This document shows positions 1 through 12,668 of a DNA stretch of 64,000 nt, one piece after another; position 1 is the first letter of the stretch, and each line of letters starts with the position of its first letter. Made by a program: the position numbers and the translations under genes. The stretch lies in assembly GCA_051362555.1 (NCBI GenBank), contig CM120641.1, positions 2,728,001-2,792,000 on the forward strand, in the 5' to 3' direction. The DNA is from Lingula anatina (lineage: Eukaryota; Animalia; Brachiopoda). The notes under the pieces were generated by a model. That model was not told the origin of the DNA, searched no databases, and was given only the letters and a program-made list of their open reading frames with translations.

Positions 1-184
1 TATTTTGACGTATATAATACGATATGTGGCATAAACAATTTAATTATTGCAAATATATTTTGAGACAGAACGAGTTGCTTCCACATAATGAACTTTGAAT
101 CTTAAGAATATGACATATCTTCCCACTTCCTCTTACTTCCGGTGAGGAGAGCATGCATGAGTAGAGTGAGTTTGGCTTTTTGAC

Positions 185-1642
185 ATGGCTGATGCTCTTT
201 CAACCCTATTTATCAGGCACTTGCCTGCAGAGTTAACTGAAGATGAGAAGGGGGATTTACTTAAGCATTTTGGGGCCGTAAGAACAAAATGCATGGGCAC
301 AGCAGGAAGGCTAAGGCATACCGCATTCGCTGTGTTCGATTCTAAAAAACAGGCAGAAAAGGCCTTAGAACGACTTCATCAATTAGAGATCCTTGGTTGT
401 AGACTAAGTGTAGAATTTTCAAAGAAACAATATGAGAAGTTTCATCCCAAGTTTTCTGACTCTGAGACATTCAAAGACAAGCTCAAAGAGGAAAATTTCA
501 AAAAACAAGAAACAACCAAGAGCGAAGAGGAGGTGCTTGAAAATCAAATCCCTTCGTTTGGAAAAATAGCAGAAAAGTTAGGTATTGATTATCCTTACAA
601 CCCTAACTTACATTACATCTACCCACCGCCAGATGTTAATATCTTGACAAACATTGCTCATACACTTGCAACTGTGCCCAAGTTTTATGTTCAAGTTTTA
701 CATCTGATGAACAAAATGAATATGCCAGCACCGTTCAGTCCGGTTACACCAGCCCCTCCCCTTCCTGAAGGTAGGCCTATAGAGTCCAGACCTTCTGAAC
801 CAGACTGGCCAGATATGGAAGAAATGGAGGTGGTAAGCACGGATGAATCTGAAATACAGAGTGACACTGATGATGAGGCTAAAGGAAAGAAACAAGAACC
901 AGTGAAAAGACAGAAGCAGCAGAAAAAGAGACCAAGAAAGAAACTGAAATTACATGATCTTATAATCCCTAAACCTATACCAAGTGGAACTTTGTCAAAT
1001 GCACCAAAAGCAGAGGATGTTTTTGAACAGCCACAGCCTACAGCACAAAAGAAAATAGAAATCAAAGTTCCTGCAGTCGCTGACCAAATAGAACCAATTG
1101 TACCCAGTGAAAACTTAGAACTTGAAGAATCATTTGAGAAACCACCAGTGCAGGTTGAGGAAGGTGGATTTGGAAAAATTGAGCCTGTAGTTAAAGAGGC
1201 AGAAGCTGATGACGGCGAAGAAAGTGATTCAGATGTAACTCAATTCATTTCATCTAGTGAACTCAAACGTGGGAGGTTATCCTCAAAAGAAATGAAAGAT
1301 ATAAATGTGTTTAAAAGATATGATGCTGGTGATCAAACCAGTAGGTTGTATATTAAAAATCTTGCGAAACATGTTACAGAAAAAGACTTAAAATATGTTT
1401 TTGGTCGGTACATTGACTGGACATCAGAAGAACAGACAAACATGTTTGATATTAGACACATGACTGAGGGTAGGATGAAAGGACAGGCTTTTGTCACATT
1501 GCCTAATGAGGATCTTGCTCAAAAAGCCTTGAACGAGACCAATGGATTTGTTTTAAATGGGAAACCAATGGTTGTCCAATTTGCACGCTCTGCTAAACCT
1601 AAAGAAAAAGAAGACCCCAAGTCAAAGGAAACAAAACTGTGA
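185..1642 (+). CDS. RNPC3: U11/U12 snRNP 65K protein (RNA-binding region-containing protein 3), single-exon CDS
   Basis: 485-aa uninterrupted ORF with N-terminal RRM (TLFIRHLPAEL...AFAVF...LHQLEILGCRLSVEF), the conserved YIYPPP...NIAHTLATVPKFYVQVLHLMNKMNMPAPF block, and a C-terminal RRM (RLYIKNLAK...MTEGRMKGQAFVTLP...NGFVLNGKPMVVQFARS). Confidence 0.96.
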   Translation: MADALSTLFIRHLPAELTEDEKGDLLKHFGAVRTKCMGTAGRLRHTAFAVFDSKKQAEKALERLHQLEILGCRLSVEFSKKQYEKFHPKFSDSETFKDKLKEENFKKQETTKSEEEVLENQIPSFGKIAEKLGIDYPYNPNLHYIYPPPDVNILTNIAHTLATVPKFYVQVLHLMNKMNMPAPFSPVTPAPPLPEGRPIESRPSEPDWPDMEEMEVVSTDESEIQSDTDDEAKGKKQEPVKRQKQQKKRPRKKLKLHDLIIPKPIPSGTLSNAPKAEDVFEQPQPTAQKKIEIKVPAVADQIEPIVPSENLELEESFEKPPVQVEEGGFGKIEPVVKEAEADDGEESDSDVTQFISSSELKRGRLSSKEMKDINVFKRYDAGDQTSRLYIKNLAKHVTEKDLKYVFGRYIDWTSEEQTNMFDIRHMTEGRMKGQAFVTLPNEDLAQKALNETNGFVLNGKPMVVQFARSAKPKEKEDPKSKETKL

Positions 1643-2050
1643 TACTTGGATCTAAAATGTAAATCATGACTGGAAAAGCTTTTTGGGTATAAAGTAGATT
1701 GTATTACAGTGCATCTGGATGGATTATTAATAACAAATTATATTACTTGAATGCTTGTTTTTCTTTAATATAAATATATTAAAATACATTTGGTACTGAT
1801 GGAAAAAATTACTTATAAGTTTGAAACATACAGTTAAATTAATCTTAAAGATGACAACCAAAGTATTTTTATACAAAAACTTTATTATTGACCTTCTTTG
1901 TAGTCTAAAGTCTCAACATTCACATTCTGACTTAAATTTAGTCAACCTAATACTTAAAGATGTACTCATTTCTTGATAAATGAAAACAAAGGATCATAAT
2001 GTAGTTATGTTATTTACATTTAACCCTCTTTCATGGCATGTTACCAGCAT

Positions 2051-3989
2051 TCAGTCTGTTCTCCAAATTTTTTGAACATTTTCAATTGCTTTTTTGGGAT
2101 CATTTTTATGAAACATAAAATATCCTTGAATCTGTGCAGCACTAACATCCTGACCATGTGACATAACACAGTCGGCAAATATTGTTGCTTCTTCTTGATT
2201 TTGATCTGGGAAGAAGCGAAGAAACATTTGTTCAAGTTGATACTTTGTACAAAAGTCAATTTTCTCTTTCATGTCCACTCTTCCAGGTCTTATCAAAGCT
2301 GGTGGTAGCCTGATAAAAATAAAATGGTTGATTAACAGGGAAAAAAGTGTATATATTATTATAAGTATTTGTCTTTGGAAATAGTCATTACACTACTGAA
2401 ACTATATTTTTCTTAAATTCCTAATATTTTGAATGACCATACCAATATACTTGTACTGTACATTTTTTTTTTACAAGTGATAATTACAATGAATACCTTT
2501 CAAGGTGGTTAGTTGTCATAAAAACTATTCTTCCCTCTGTGGATGCCACTCCATCTAAGGCATTAAGCAGCCCACTAAAAGTGAGGCTCCCCATGCCTGC
2601 AAACCTATCTGGATCTGAAACAAAAAAATAGCATTTTGATGCTCTATTGTCACCAAGCACTTTTTTGAGGAGCTTTAAACATAATAAACAGACTCTACTT
2701 TAAATAATTGATGCAGATTTTAGAGCACATGTTTTTGCTTATATTTCAGAGATGAATCCTAATTGAAATATATAAGATTAATATTCACCCTCTCTGGACA
2801 TGTCCCTTCCAGCGACTGCTACATCGACATCTTCTAATAGTATGATGCTGTCCTGTGGTGCAATACTCAGGAGATAATTCAGTCTATCATCTGTCATACC
2901 TATTTCACTAAGGCTCAAAATGCAAATGCTAAACTGCAATTCACCTAAAAACAAGATAACAGCATGTTAATTATGACAACCTGCACCTTGACAATAATAC
3001 ACCATATTTTGTCAAAACTATTCAGTTCAGGATAAGCATCTACTACTATGTGATTAATCACTTAAAAAACTCAGACTAATAGACCTGTTAACTTGGGTAC
3101 AGTAACTATGTTTTTACATCAAACAAAAAACTGCTTTCACCCCCCTCCCTTCAGATAAAATACTTCAAAATTTGTAGGAACAAGATGGTTTAATATAACT
3201 TTTAAGAATCATTTTTCCCAATTTCTTTTCACAGGAGGAAACTATGTTGTTTATACCTGCCAAAGCTGTAATAAAACTGGTTTTGCCACAACCAGGTGGT
3301 CCATAAAGCAAATAACCTCTTCTGTATGGTATTCCCCGAGCTGAGTACCATGGCTGATTACTTATAAACTCTTTCACATCAGAAACTATTGATTCTTTAA
3401 CACCCTCTTCTAGGACTACAGAACTCAGTGGTCTTGGTGTTCTCGGAAATCCAAACTGCCTCCATTCTGCTCCTTTGGCTATATAGGTTATCAGTTTCCC
3501 TTCTATACTGTCCAGTGCTAACATGCGAGCTTCTTCCAAAATATCAAAGAATATAGATCTGTTGTTTCCCAGTGCTATGAATGTAACTGTTTCCCAGGGG
3601 TTTTCTCTGTGTGCACCGGTCATTTGTTGCTCCCGAACCCTTTCTACCTTGATCCAGTTTTTCTTGTATCTAAAGAAATGATCTCCAGGACTCGGGATAA
3701 AATTGTATTTTGTTGTTAACTTCCCAACATCATTTTGAGAAATAGAGGTGTCAACGCTTAAATGGTGTGTTTTGGTGCCTCTTACAGATATCCATTTCAA
3801 GATCCACTGATAGCTTACGTCTTTGCTGGGAACTTCCATTGAAATCATGCAGTGCCTACGGAAGAGTATTGTCGCCACAACTAAGCCCTTTCGTAAGACG
3901 GCGGCTCCCGCTCCCAAACCAGCAAGACCAAATCCTGCCCCAAAGTAAGGGTTGTCTCCAAGAGATGAAAACAACTCAGCGATCGTCAT
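2051..3989 (-). CDS. BCS1L: Mitochondrial AAA chaperone BCS1, 4 coding exons, 421 aa
   Basis: Exons 3989-3257, 2944-2789, 2614-2497, 2309-2051 with GT-AG introns; 1266 nt in frame. Motifs [11 protein letters not shown], Walker [15 protein letters not shown], Walker [44 protein letters not shown]. Confidence 0.96.
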
Positions 3990-4325
3990 CTTCAGGACCT
4001 TTGTGGTAGATGACGAAAGCTCAATTCAGACTAGGCAAGGAAGTTCTTCTGCTCAAAAAAATAGCTGTTGTTTTCAACATGTTCAGGCCATGGGCGCTGC
4101 CATATTGTTCAATAGCAACGACTTAAAAATCTCCAGTTGAACTTCAATTCATTTTACATTAGACCTCAGACGTCCCGTTGACATGTACAAACTTTGTGAC
4201 GAGAAATAAAATTTGATTTTATTTATATATATTTCTCTCAATACACTTACATTTCAGTGGAAAATGTGAAAACTTGGGTTTGGTGTGTCTTGGTAGTCAT
4301 TACTTCTAAACAACGTTTCACGATT
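3990..4325. promoter_or_regulatory. Bidirectional promoter region BCS1L/NRDE2
   Basis: Divergent start codons 336 bp apart; local CpG retention; YY1-like GCCAT cores near 4087-4105. Confidence 0.65.
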
Positions 4326-7300
4326 ATGAGTGAAGACGAACAGCGCGCTGGACTTTTCCCTGCGTTCTCACAATATGCAACAACATCTACAAATGAAAAA
4401 CAGACATTAGGTCTTTTCCCTGCGTATCAGCAAAATACCGCAGAACCATCAGCCTCAGGTGAGAGCAAAGTCACGTGCCCGTCCTTGTTCGTGGTTCTGG
4501 TTGCCTAAAACGAACAGCGGTTCACTAGCGGCCGTTCACCTGTTCTCCTCTTATAAAATTCATTGGCTAGGGGAAAATATATTGCAATGACAGTGAGGTC
4601 ATTAATAGCTAACTTCAATCAAGGCGAGAAAAGCTTCCACAATTTTCCCTTCCACTTTTAAGTGTGTGTGTGTGGGGGGGGGGGAGGGGGGGGGGAGGGG
4701 GTATATATGTATTTGAACAAGGTTCCTGAAGTAGTAAACCCCAAATGCCTTATATGATATGCTAATGTTTTTCTGTTGGAAATTTCAGGTCATGATTGGT
4801 TGCACAATCCAAGTTTTAAAGCAGAAGATGCATATGCTTTGCAAATCTTACAAGAGGAAGAGGCAAAATTGAAAACTCCACATGAAAGCAGGTAAATGTT
4901 ACTTTTGTTAAAATTTTCTACCTGCTTGATATAACTTAATTTTGACAGTCATAATATGTAGCTGTATTACTTCCCTTAAAACATGCTTGTGTTTCAAAAA
5001 ATAAATAAATAAATAAATAAAAATAAAAAAGAGAAACCCAGTAAATTGTACCATTGAGTTTAGTTTAACATTTTATATCTAGACAAAAATTTATGTCAAA
5101 CAGTGATTAGCATCATGAAATTACCTCATTTTATAAAAACAGAATTGTTGGTAAATTTTACTGTTCAACAATTCAAAGTTTAATTTCGTTTCAAAATCTG
5201 GACAACATATTTATATAAGACAATGGATTATTATGTACAGACACAGATGTGTCTGTACATATTGCCATCACCTGTGTCTGTCGTCGCCGTCGCCATCCCT
5301 GTCGATGTCGCCGTCGCCGTGCACTTTCATCGTTAACACGATAAGTGGAAGACAGTTTTACTTTTTGGCTGTATATTTACAGAGCTGTTGAATATTCATA
5401 AAACGCAGGTCAAGTTCGAAAATCAGCATGTTTAGGCCATTATTGTAGAAGTTATGCTGTTTTTTCACTTTTCAGCATATATGCAACACTGTTAACACAT
5501 TTTAAGGAAAACCGATAGGCCTGTTGTCATGAAACTCACAGGAGTAATCAATCTCACTAAAATACAGGTCAAATTCGAAAATCAGCATTATCGGGCCATT
5601 ATTTTAGAAGTTATGCTGTTTTTTTCACATTTCCTCAAATTCAATTCTTAGGCATGTTAATAGTCTCATTATTTAACTAATAAGATACATAAAGGTGTTT
5701 GTTTGACATTTCCTGCATCTTTACAACATTGTTAGTTGATTATGTAAAAATGATGGTAAACTTGTTATCGTGTATTGTGTAATAAAGTGTCAAAAATGGA
5801 AATAAACTCATATCATTGCAGTTTGTCAGATTCAATCATTCACTATGTTCAGAATCTCAGAATGGAGGAAATTGGACATTTAACACTATTCTATTTATAT
5901 TTTTCCCATCTCATCAATTTTCTTAGTTGATCATATAAAAATTGCAGTAAACTGTTTATTTTGTTTTATGTTAAAAAAAGTGTTAAAAATGGAAATAAAC
6001 CCATGTCAGAACAGTGCTGTCTTGTTTCACATTTCCTCAGATTCAATTCTTAGGCATGTTAACAGTCTCATTATTGAACTAATAAGACATGTAAAAGTGT
6101 TTGGTTGACATTTCCTGCATCTTTACAACATTATTAGTTGATTACGTAAAAATGATGGTAAACTTGTTATCGTGTATTGTGTAATAAAGTGTCAAAAATG
6201 GAAATAAACTCATATTATTGCAGTTTGTCGGATTCAATCATCCACTATGTTCAGAATCTCAGAATAGAGGAAATTGGACATTTAACACTGTTGTATTGAT
6301 ATTTTCCCCATCTCATCAATTTTCTTAGTTGATCATATAAAAATGGCAGTAAACTGTTAATTTTGTTTTATGTTAAAAAAGTGTTAAAAATGGAAAAAAC
6401 CCATTTCAGAACAGTGCTGTCTTGTTTACTTTTTGGCATTTTCAAGATGTGACTTTGAAGTTCCATGGTCCTGAAGAACTTTGCTAGTCACATTTTCTGA
6501 AAATCCATGATACGTATATTTCATTATTAAAAATTGATGGTCATTATGCTGTTAAGCATTATATAATATTGCATCAAAATAGAAGAAAACACAATTTTGG
6601 GTGCTGCTGCTATGATGACCATTATGGGTAAACCATGTTACTTATGATTGTCAAACTTTCAAAAAAGAAACACAGGACTAAATTGCAGCCGAGTTGGAAA
6701 AGCAGTCTGATTTGCTTCTTTTTCTTGTAGTTACACATTTTAGTGAAATATTCATTTTTATCATGTTGGCATATTCATTGTGGGACTCAGAGCTCCCATG
6801 GACATAAAGCCGAATGGTAACCAAATTTTCTACATGTCCATGCTATTTATAGTCAATAATTGGTGATAATTATTCTGTAATTGATTATGTAATGTTACAT
6901 CAAAATTGACAAAAATGTACTGCTACTACAAACATGAAAAGAAAACTGTGTTACTTATTATTATTATTTTTAACTTACAAGTATTATTTGTAGGATTGGC
7001 ATGCAGTTCAAATTAGAAAGCCAGCTCAATTGGGTTATCATTTATTATTGAATTTATGCAATTTTGTGTAAAATTTTCATTTTTCTTATTCTGGCACTTT
7101 CAAAGTGTGAACTCTCATGGGCCTGAAGCCTTATGCTTGTTTCACATTTTACTTACATTGGTATTACCTGTTGAGCATAACTAAAATTTGATGTTGAATT
7201 TGCAGGTAAGCATAATGTACTTTTGTATCAGAATTGACAGTAGCCTATTTTTGTGCATTGTTGTTTTCTGCTTTTTGTCTGTACATTTGACAGCTTTGCT

Positions 7301-10300
7301 GCCTTGTTTTTAATTGTATGTTCATATTTTTTGTAGGTCTTCTAATTCAGAGGAAGAGGAAGAAGGAAAAACTCTTACTGTGAGAAAAAGTGTTGATGAA
7401 GGTAAGAGTGATATGAAAAAACTCTGTGGTTATAGTAACTTCTGTTCGTGATATTAAATCATTTATATTTACATTCATAATTTTATAACAAATTTTTTGA
7501 AAAGTAAAAAAAATCTTGAATTTAGATGTGTGCAATTATTGTTTTAGTGTCTTGTAAATGCATGCTTTATTGTAAGCTAAAATGTGATTTTTTGCATATG
7601 GTATACTGTTTTTCTCAGGTAAATCAAAAAGACATCATGATGATGAGGATGACAGCAGGTATATGGATAGAAAGAGAAAAAAGAAAGAAAAGAAAAAATC
7701 CAAGCATAAACATAAGCATAAAAAGGAACACAAGAAACATAAGCATGATAGGCTATCAGATTCGCCGGAGGTATTATTGGATAAAGAGAGGTAGATACAT
7801 GTGTTTATTAGAAATATACATAATAGTGTTGAGATTTTGATTTATTTACAAAAAAATATGTTAAGATGGATTAAAAACACAATTTACTTCCAAGATGTTT
7901 TTGGTTAAAAATGTATATACTGTGCTGTGTAAATTTTAGGTTCAGGATTGAGACTGAATCGGTTCCTCCTGGTAGCTCAGGAAAGATATTCATTGAAGAC
8001 ATTCCTGACCTGCTTCCTGAGCATGCTTTCCGTGTTGACAGGAAGCCAGACAAAAACAACATCATGTATGGCTCAATATACAAGCAACACATTGCAAGGT
8101 CTAGGAGCAAAACTGGGAATTTCTGCCTTGGACTTAATAAAAATCAGACATTCCTCTGGGACAGTAAAAGTAGTGAGTCAAGGAAGCATAAAGATAATAG
8201 ATATTTTAGCAATAGAAAGACACTGAAAGATGAAGAGCAGCCTGCAATTGACTTATCAAAACCAAAATTAAAGTCTGGTGCAGATAAACCTTTTTGTGGT
8301 GAGACTGTGGAAACCTTGCCTTATCTCTCAGTTGAAGTCAGGCCAGTAGAAACTTTGTCTGGGGACAAAGAATACAACCCTCTTGGTGTTTATGATGAAT
8401 CTACTGCCCTCTGGGCCCAGGGAAAGGGTCTCAGTAAAACTGAAGATCTCACACCTGTCACAGTCCAGGAAGATACTCTAGTAGAAACACATGAGCAGTA
8501 CATTCAGAGAAGAACTGCCGAGTACAATAAACATACAAGAGAAAACCCAGGTGATATCAAGATGTGGTTGGAATTTGTTTACTTTCAAGATGAGACAGTT
8601 GCCAAAGACCAGGAGCTGTTTAAACCCAGTGAGCATGAAAAGCGGAAGAGGAGAGAGTTGTTTGTTCTTGAAAAGAAAATCTCTATTATTGAAAAAGCAT
8701 TGAAAACCAACCCAGCTTCACTAGAGTTGAAAATGAAACAGCTGGAGTTATCTGCTCTGATTTGGGAGGCAGATAAATTACATTCTGAGTGGGAAAACCT
8801 TGTGTTTCTTCATCCCAACAATCCCCAATTGTGGCAGAAATACTTAACATTTATTCAGTCCAGATTTAGCACATATTCTACCCCAAAGACATTATCTGCC
8901 TTCCACAAAGCACTTCAGGTACTGAATGGGCTTGTGATTGGGTCCACAAAAAGTCACCCACTCTTACCCTCCACTGAGGAACATATGATAGGTGAGTTCA
9001 TATGGGAAAAGTCTAGAAATACAATGTTTCCCATCTTATTACACATTTTATGTATATTCAGAAACTTAAATCACAATAAGTTTTTTTTCTCTAAATGTTT
9101 TGGGTGAGTTTAACTTATCGATCTGTCAGAATCTATTTAGTCTTTCTGTATAGACTACATTTTTAGGACTTTTCAATGAGATGTGTACCTTTTTGAAGCA
9201 AGCAGGCCAAATGGAAAAAGCCATAGCATCTTTCCAAGCTCTAATAGAATTTAACCTGTGTTGTCCTGAGTCACTGATGGCCTTGCCTCAGAAAGACAGG
9301 TTGGATGTCTTTGAAGCATTCTGGGACAGTGGAATGCCTCGGTTTGGGGAGACTGGGGCCATTGGATGGGCAAATTGTGTGAAAAAAAAACCCTTCCACT
9401 GTTCACCTATGAGATATAAAAGTAGGTGCATTGTGATCAAATTGTTTGAGTTTTAAAGCTGTATGAGATCTGATGTTTTAAACTCTCCTTTCCCCACAAG
9501 TTGGAAAACAAAATGGCTTTTCATTATTTTGAGACTACTACTTTTGTTTGTAGTTAAGATTTGATGTTAAAATAGTAATTTGAACATTTGAGATAGAATT
9601 TGTGTAATTTCGTACATTAAGGTGAAGAAGATAATGCACTGGAAGATGCAGTTATGGAGAAGCAGTTGGGAAGATGTGCCACGTGGCTGGAGTTTGAAAA
9701 GATAAGGCAGTCCAGGCACATGTTACCATGGCGACCAGACGTGGAAGAAGGGGAGACTGAAGAAGATTGTGAAGATCCAGACAGACTTGTTTTATTTGAT
9801 GACATTGTGCCTTGCCTGTTTGTGATATCTTCACAAAAACTGAAGTTCAGCTTGATAGTCTGTTTCTTGGATTTACTAGGAGTAAAGAATGAGACACTGA
9901 CACAAAGCTCTGTACAAACATGCAGAGAGAGGTTCTCTTTGAAAGTTGAGAGTGCAGAAGAAATTTTTCAGGGTGAAGATGAACTGTATGGCATGGTGTC
10001 CACAAGTGTCAAACTTGATAAAAACTTCCATCAAATATTTACTAGAAACATGTTTTCTCAAGCATCTAAAGTCTTCTCAGGAAATGGACAGGCTTTACTT
10101 ACATTAGCATGGGTGGAATATGAAATCAGAACTATTCTTGGGAAAGAAAATGCCAAAGAACAAAAGCAGGCCACAAAAGAACTCAGAAAAACTGTCAAAG
10201 GCATGCTGAAAGAAAGCAACAATAGAAATAATCTTATCTTATGGGATGTGTATGCGAGCCTGGAATGGCAACTAGGTAACGTAGAAGAAGCTGTCCGGAT

Positions 10301-12668
10301 ATATGACACTGCCATTGCTATGAACTCACAGAACTATGTGAATTTGCCTGAGGATAAGAAGACTGGAGTGTGTAGGCTTTATAGAAATTATGCTAAATTG
10401 ACTCTAGGGCTGTGCAATGAGGAGGGTGGGCAGTCTGAAAACGGTGCTAAAATTTGTGATGTCTCCAATGAAAGGAAAACTAAAGCACTTCATATACTAT
10501 CTTGCCTTGGTGATGATGGGAAGTATGAAATAAACAAACCAATGGCTGATGTCCCTGGAACCAAACTGTTGAAAGCTAGAAAAAATTACCAAGTGATACT
10601 GGAAAGTACACTGGATGCATACTTCAATGTGGGATCACATGGGATCTGCCCAGAGTGTGACAGCTTCCTGGCTGTATGGACGGAGTGTTTTGCCTTATTT
10701 CAATACCTCACAGTCAGCATGCAGGCTGCATCAGTGGTATTTGGACAAGTGCTGTCTAAACTCAAGGATAAACTGTCATCTTGTGACATGGAAACAGAAG
10801 TGAGTGATGTGTGCCCCTCCCCCTCACGGTTGCAGGTGGACCATGAAGAAATAATGAAGGCATTTGTGAAGCTTGTTTTTTATCACCAACGGACGTCCAT
10901 TTTACCAATGTCTTTTGCTAGGTAAGGTGTTGTGTTTATTATAGATACAAGTGTCAACACTTGAAGCATGTTATCAACACATGTTGGTCATTCAGCATCT
11001 GAAATTAAAAACCAACGTGTTGGTCTGAAATAAAAGACCAACACATGTTGGTCTTTAATTTCAGATGCTGAATGAAAGTGTAACTTGTAGTATGAAAAGT
11101 AATGTTATCAAAGAAATACCATAGGTTTAAAAAGTGGAATGAGTTTTTGATACACATATCAATTCAGTAATAAATGTTGATTATGTTTTTGCCATTTATA
11201 TGGTTTGCTCAACATGAAATTTTCAGATCCACACTTCTCCTAGCCTTGAAGGACTACCCAGAACATCCATACTTCTTGCGCCTGTATATCCAGCTGGAGT
11301 CTCAGTCTCATATATTGGGGAACTTGCGTATGTACTTTAACAAGGCTGTCAAGACGTGCTCCACATGTATACCATGGCTGATGGCAATACATGCAGAGCT
11401 ACTGAGACAACAGAAGATAGAACAAGGAATGAATGTTGGACCCAGTGCATTAGCAGGTGCTCCAGGTAAATCATAAAATTATATATATCTGAATCTGTTT
11501 TAAATGGCCTGCAGCATCAAAATTGACATTTCCAAAATGCTACAATTTACATTTTATTGGATGATGTACAGGGGAGTACAGCGTTACATTGTTTTTCAAT
11601 TTTTTATTCCATAATTATGATTTGAGATTTGATGTATGACTGTGCATGAAAACGAAAAGTGAAAACAAATGATCAGGCATTTAACACTGTAATTCTGAAT
11701 ATGTAATTCATTTTAACTCTTAACTGTACTCGTTCAAGGTTATGCTCACTTGCATTGTAGGTTGGGTTAGTGCATCCATTCCACAGACTGGCATTACACA
11801 CAAACTGCGCTCAATATTTGAGAGAGCTGTGGAAAGCACATCTGGACAAAACTGTATCTTGTTATGGAGATTATATTTGAGATTTGAGGTAAGGTTTTAC
11901 AGTGGAATACCATAGTTTGTTGAAGAATTGAGATTTAAAAAGGATCGATTGAGATTATTGTAAACATCACATGAATAGCTTTTATTTATTCACTCATCTG
12001 TGCATATTTTAATATTGTTATATTTGACTAAAACAGTCACATTTTTGTATAAATGGCAGTCAGGTCAAGATAGTTGATACTAGCATATGTCCTAAACAGA
12101 AGTCTCTGTACTGTGAGGACATCTCTTAATAAATTTTATAGTTCAACTTTGTGTTGTTCCAGGTGTCCACAGAGGATGTTCACAGGTCAGAAGGAGTGTT
12201 CTACAGAGCACTGCAGGATTGCCCATGGGCTAAAGTATGCTGCTAGCGTGAAACATTGTTCAAGAACAAGTCAGATAATTTACTTAATTATTAAGATTCC
12301 CGTTATGATTCACACCATATTTTAAGTGTCATTCATAAGAAGCTGCCCGCAATGTGTCAGCGAGAGAGACTTGAGCATGTCAAAAAACTTCTAAAATGCT
12401 GTGTCATCTTCCTCTACTTCCGTAAAATTTTGCCATATTAATTCATCAGCCATTGTTAGGACATCTACTGAAACTTTATTGTACTCATCTTTTCCAGAGT
12501 ATATACATGGATGGCATTCAGTACTTTCCAGACAGACTACAAGAGATAACAGATCTTATGGCGGAGAAAGAAATCAGAGTCCGCGCCCCACTGGAGGAGG
12601 TCGACCTCCTCATTGGTCACGAAGCCAGTAAACAAGATGACAATGACAGTGATTGTGGAAATGATTAA
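4326..12668 (+). CDS. NRDE2: Nuclear exosome regulator NRDE2, 11 coding exons, ~1229 aa
   Basis: Exons 4326-4458, 4789-4891, 7337-7401, 7619-7790, 7940-8991, 9167-9421, 9622-10921, 11227-11465, 11761-11888, 12163-12234, 12498-12668; all GT-AG, 3690 nt in frame. Motifs LFPAF, DWLHNPSF, K/H-rich tract, FRVDRKPDKNN, YNKHTRENPGDIKMWLEFV, EDPDRLVLFDDI, FYRALQDCPWAK, EKEIRVRAPLEE. Confidence 0.94.
5228..7310 (+). mobile_element. Non-autonomous Helentron/DINE-1-like (HINE-type) element in NRDE2 intron 2
   Basis: 5' inverted repeat TATGTACAGACAC (5232-5244)/GTGTCTGTACATA (5249-5261), then a (GTCGCC)n microsatellite, ~160-bp core repeats (CAGGTCAAGTTCGAAAATCAGCAT at ~5406 and ~5564), and at the 3' end the sub-TIR TGTCTGTACAT (7276-7286), a short stem-loop GACAGCtttGCTGCC and a T-tract. 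Confidence 0.8.
5623..6427 (+). repeat. ~401-bp near-identical tandem duplication inside the HINE-like element
   Basis: TTTCACATTTCCTCA.ATTCAATTCTTAGGCATGTTAA starts at ~5623 and ~6025; both copies end in ACAGTGCTGTCTTGTTT (6011-6027, 6411-6427). Confidence 0.92.
10988..11075. repeat. Foldback palindrome with nested palindromes in NRDE2 intron 7
   Basis: TCATTCAGCATCTGAAATTAAAAACCAAC is the reverse complement (1 mismatch) of GTTGGTCTTTAATTTCAGATGCTGAATGA; internal ACCAACgtGTTGGT and AGACCAACacatGTTGGTCT. Confidence 0.85.

Noticed and set aside
691-1065. Antisense ORFs within RNPC3, and similar shadows in BCS1L, NRDE2 and the BH3 gene
   Set aside because: Shadow frames of real coding exons with no recognisable domains.
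2120-2127. ATATCCTT as a possible U12-type 5' splice site/USSE for RNPC3
   Set aside because: Single copy, explained by BCS1L codons on the opposite strand; a USSE needs a tandem pair.
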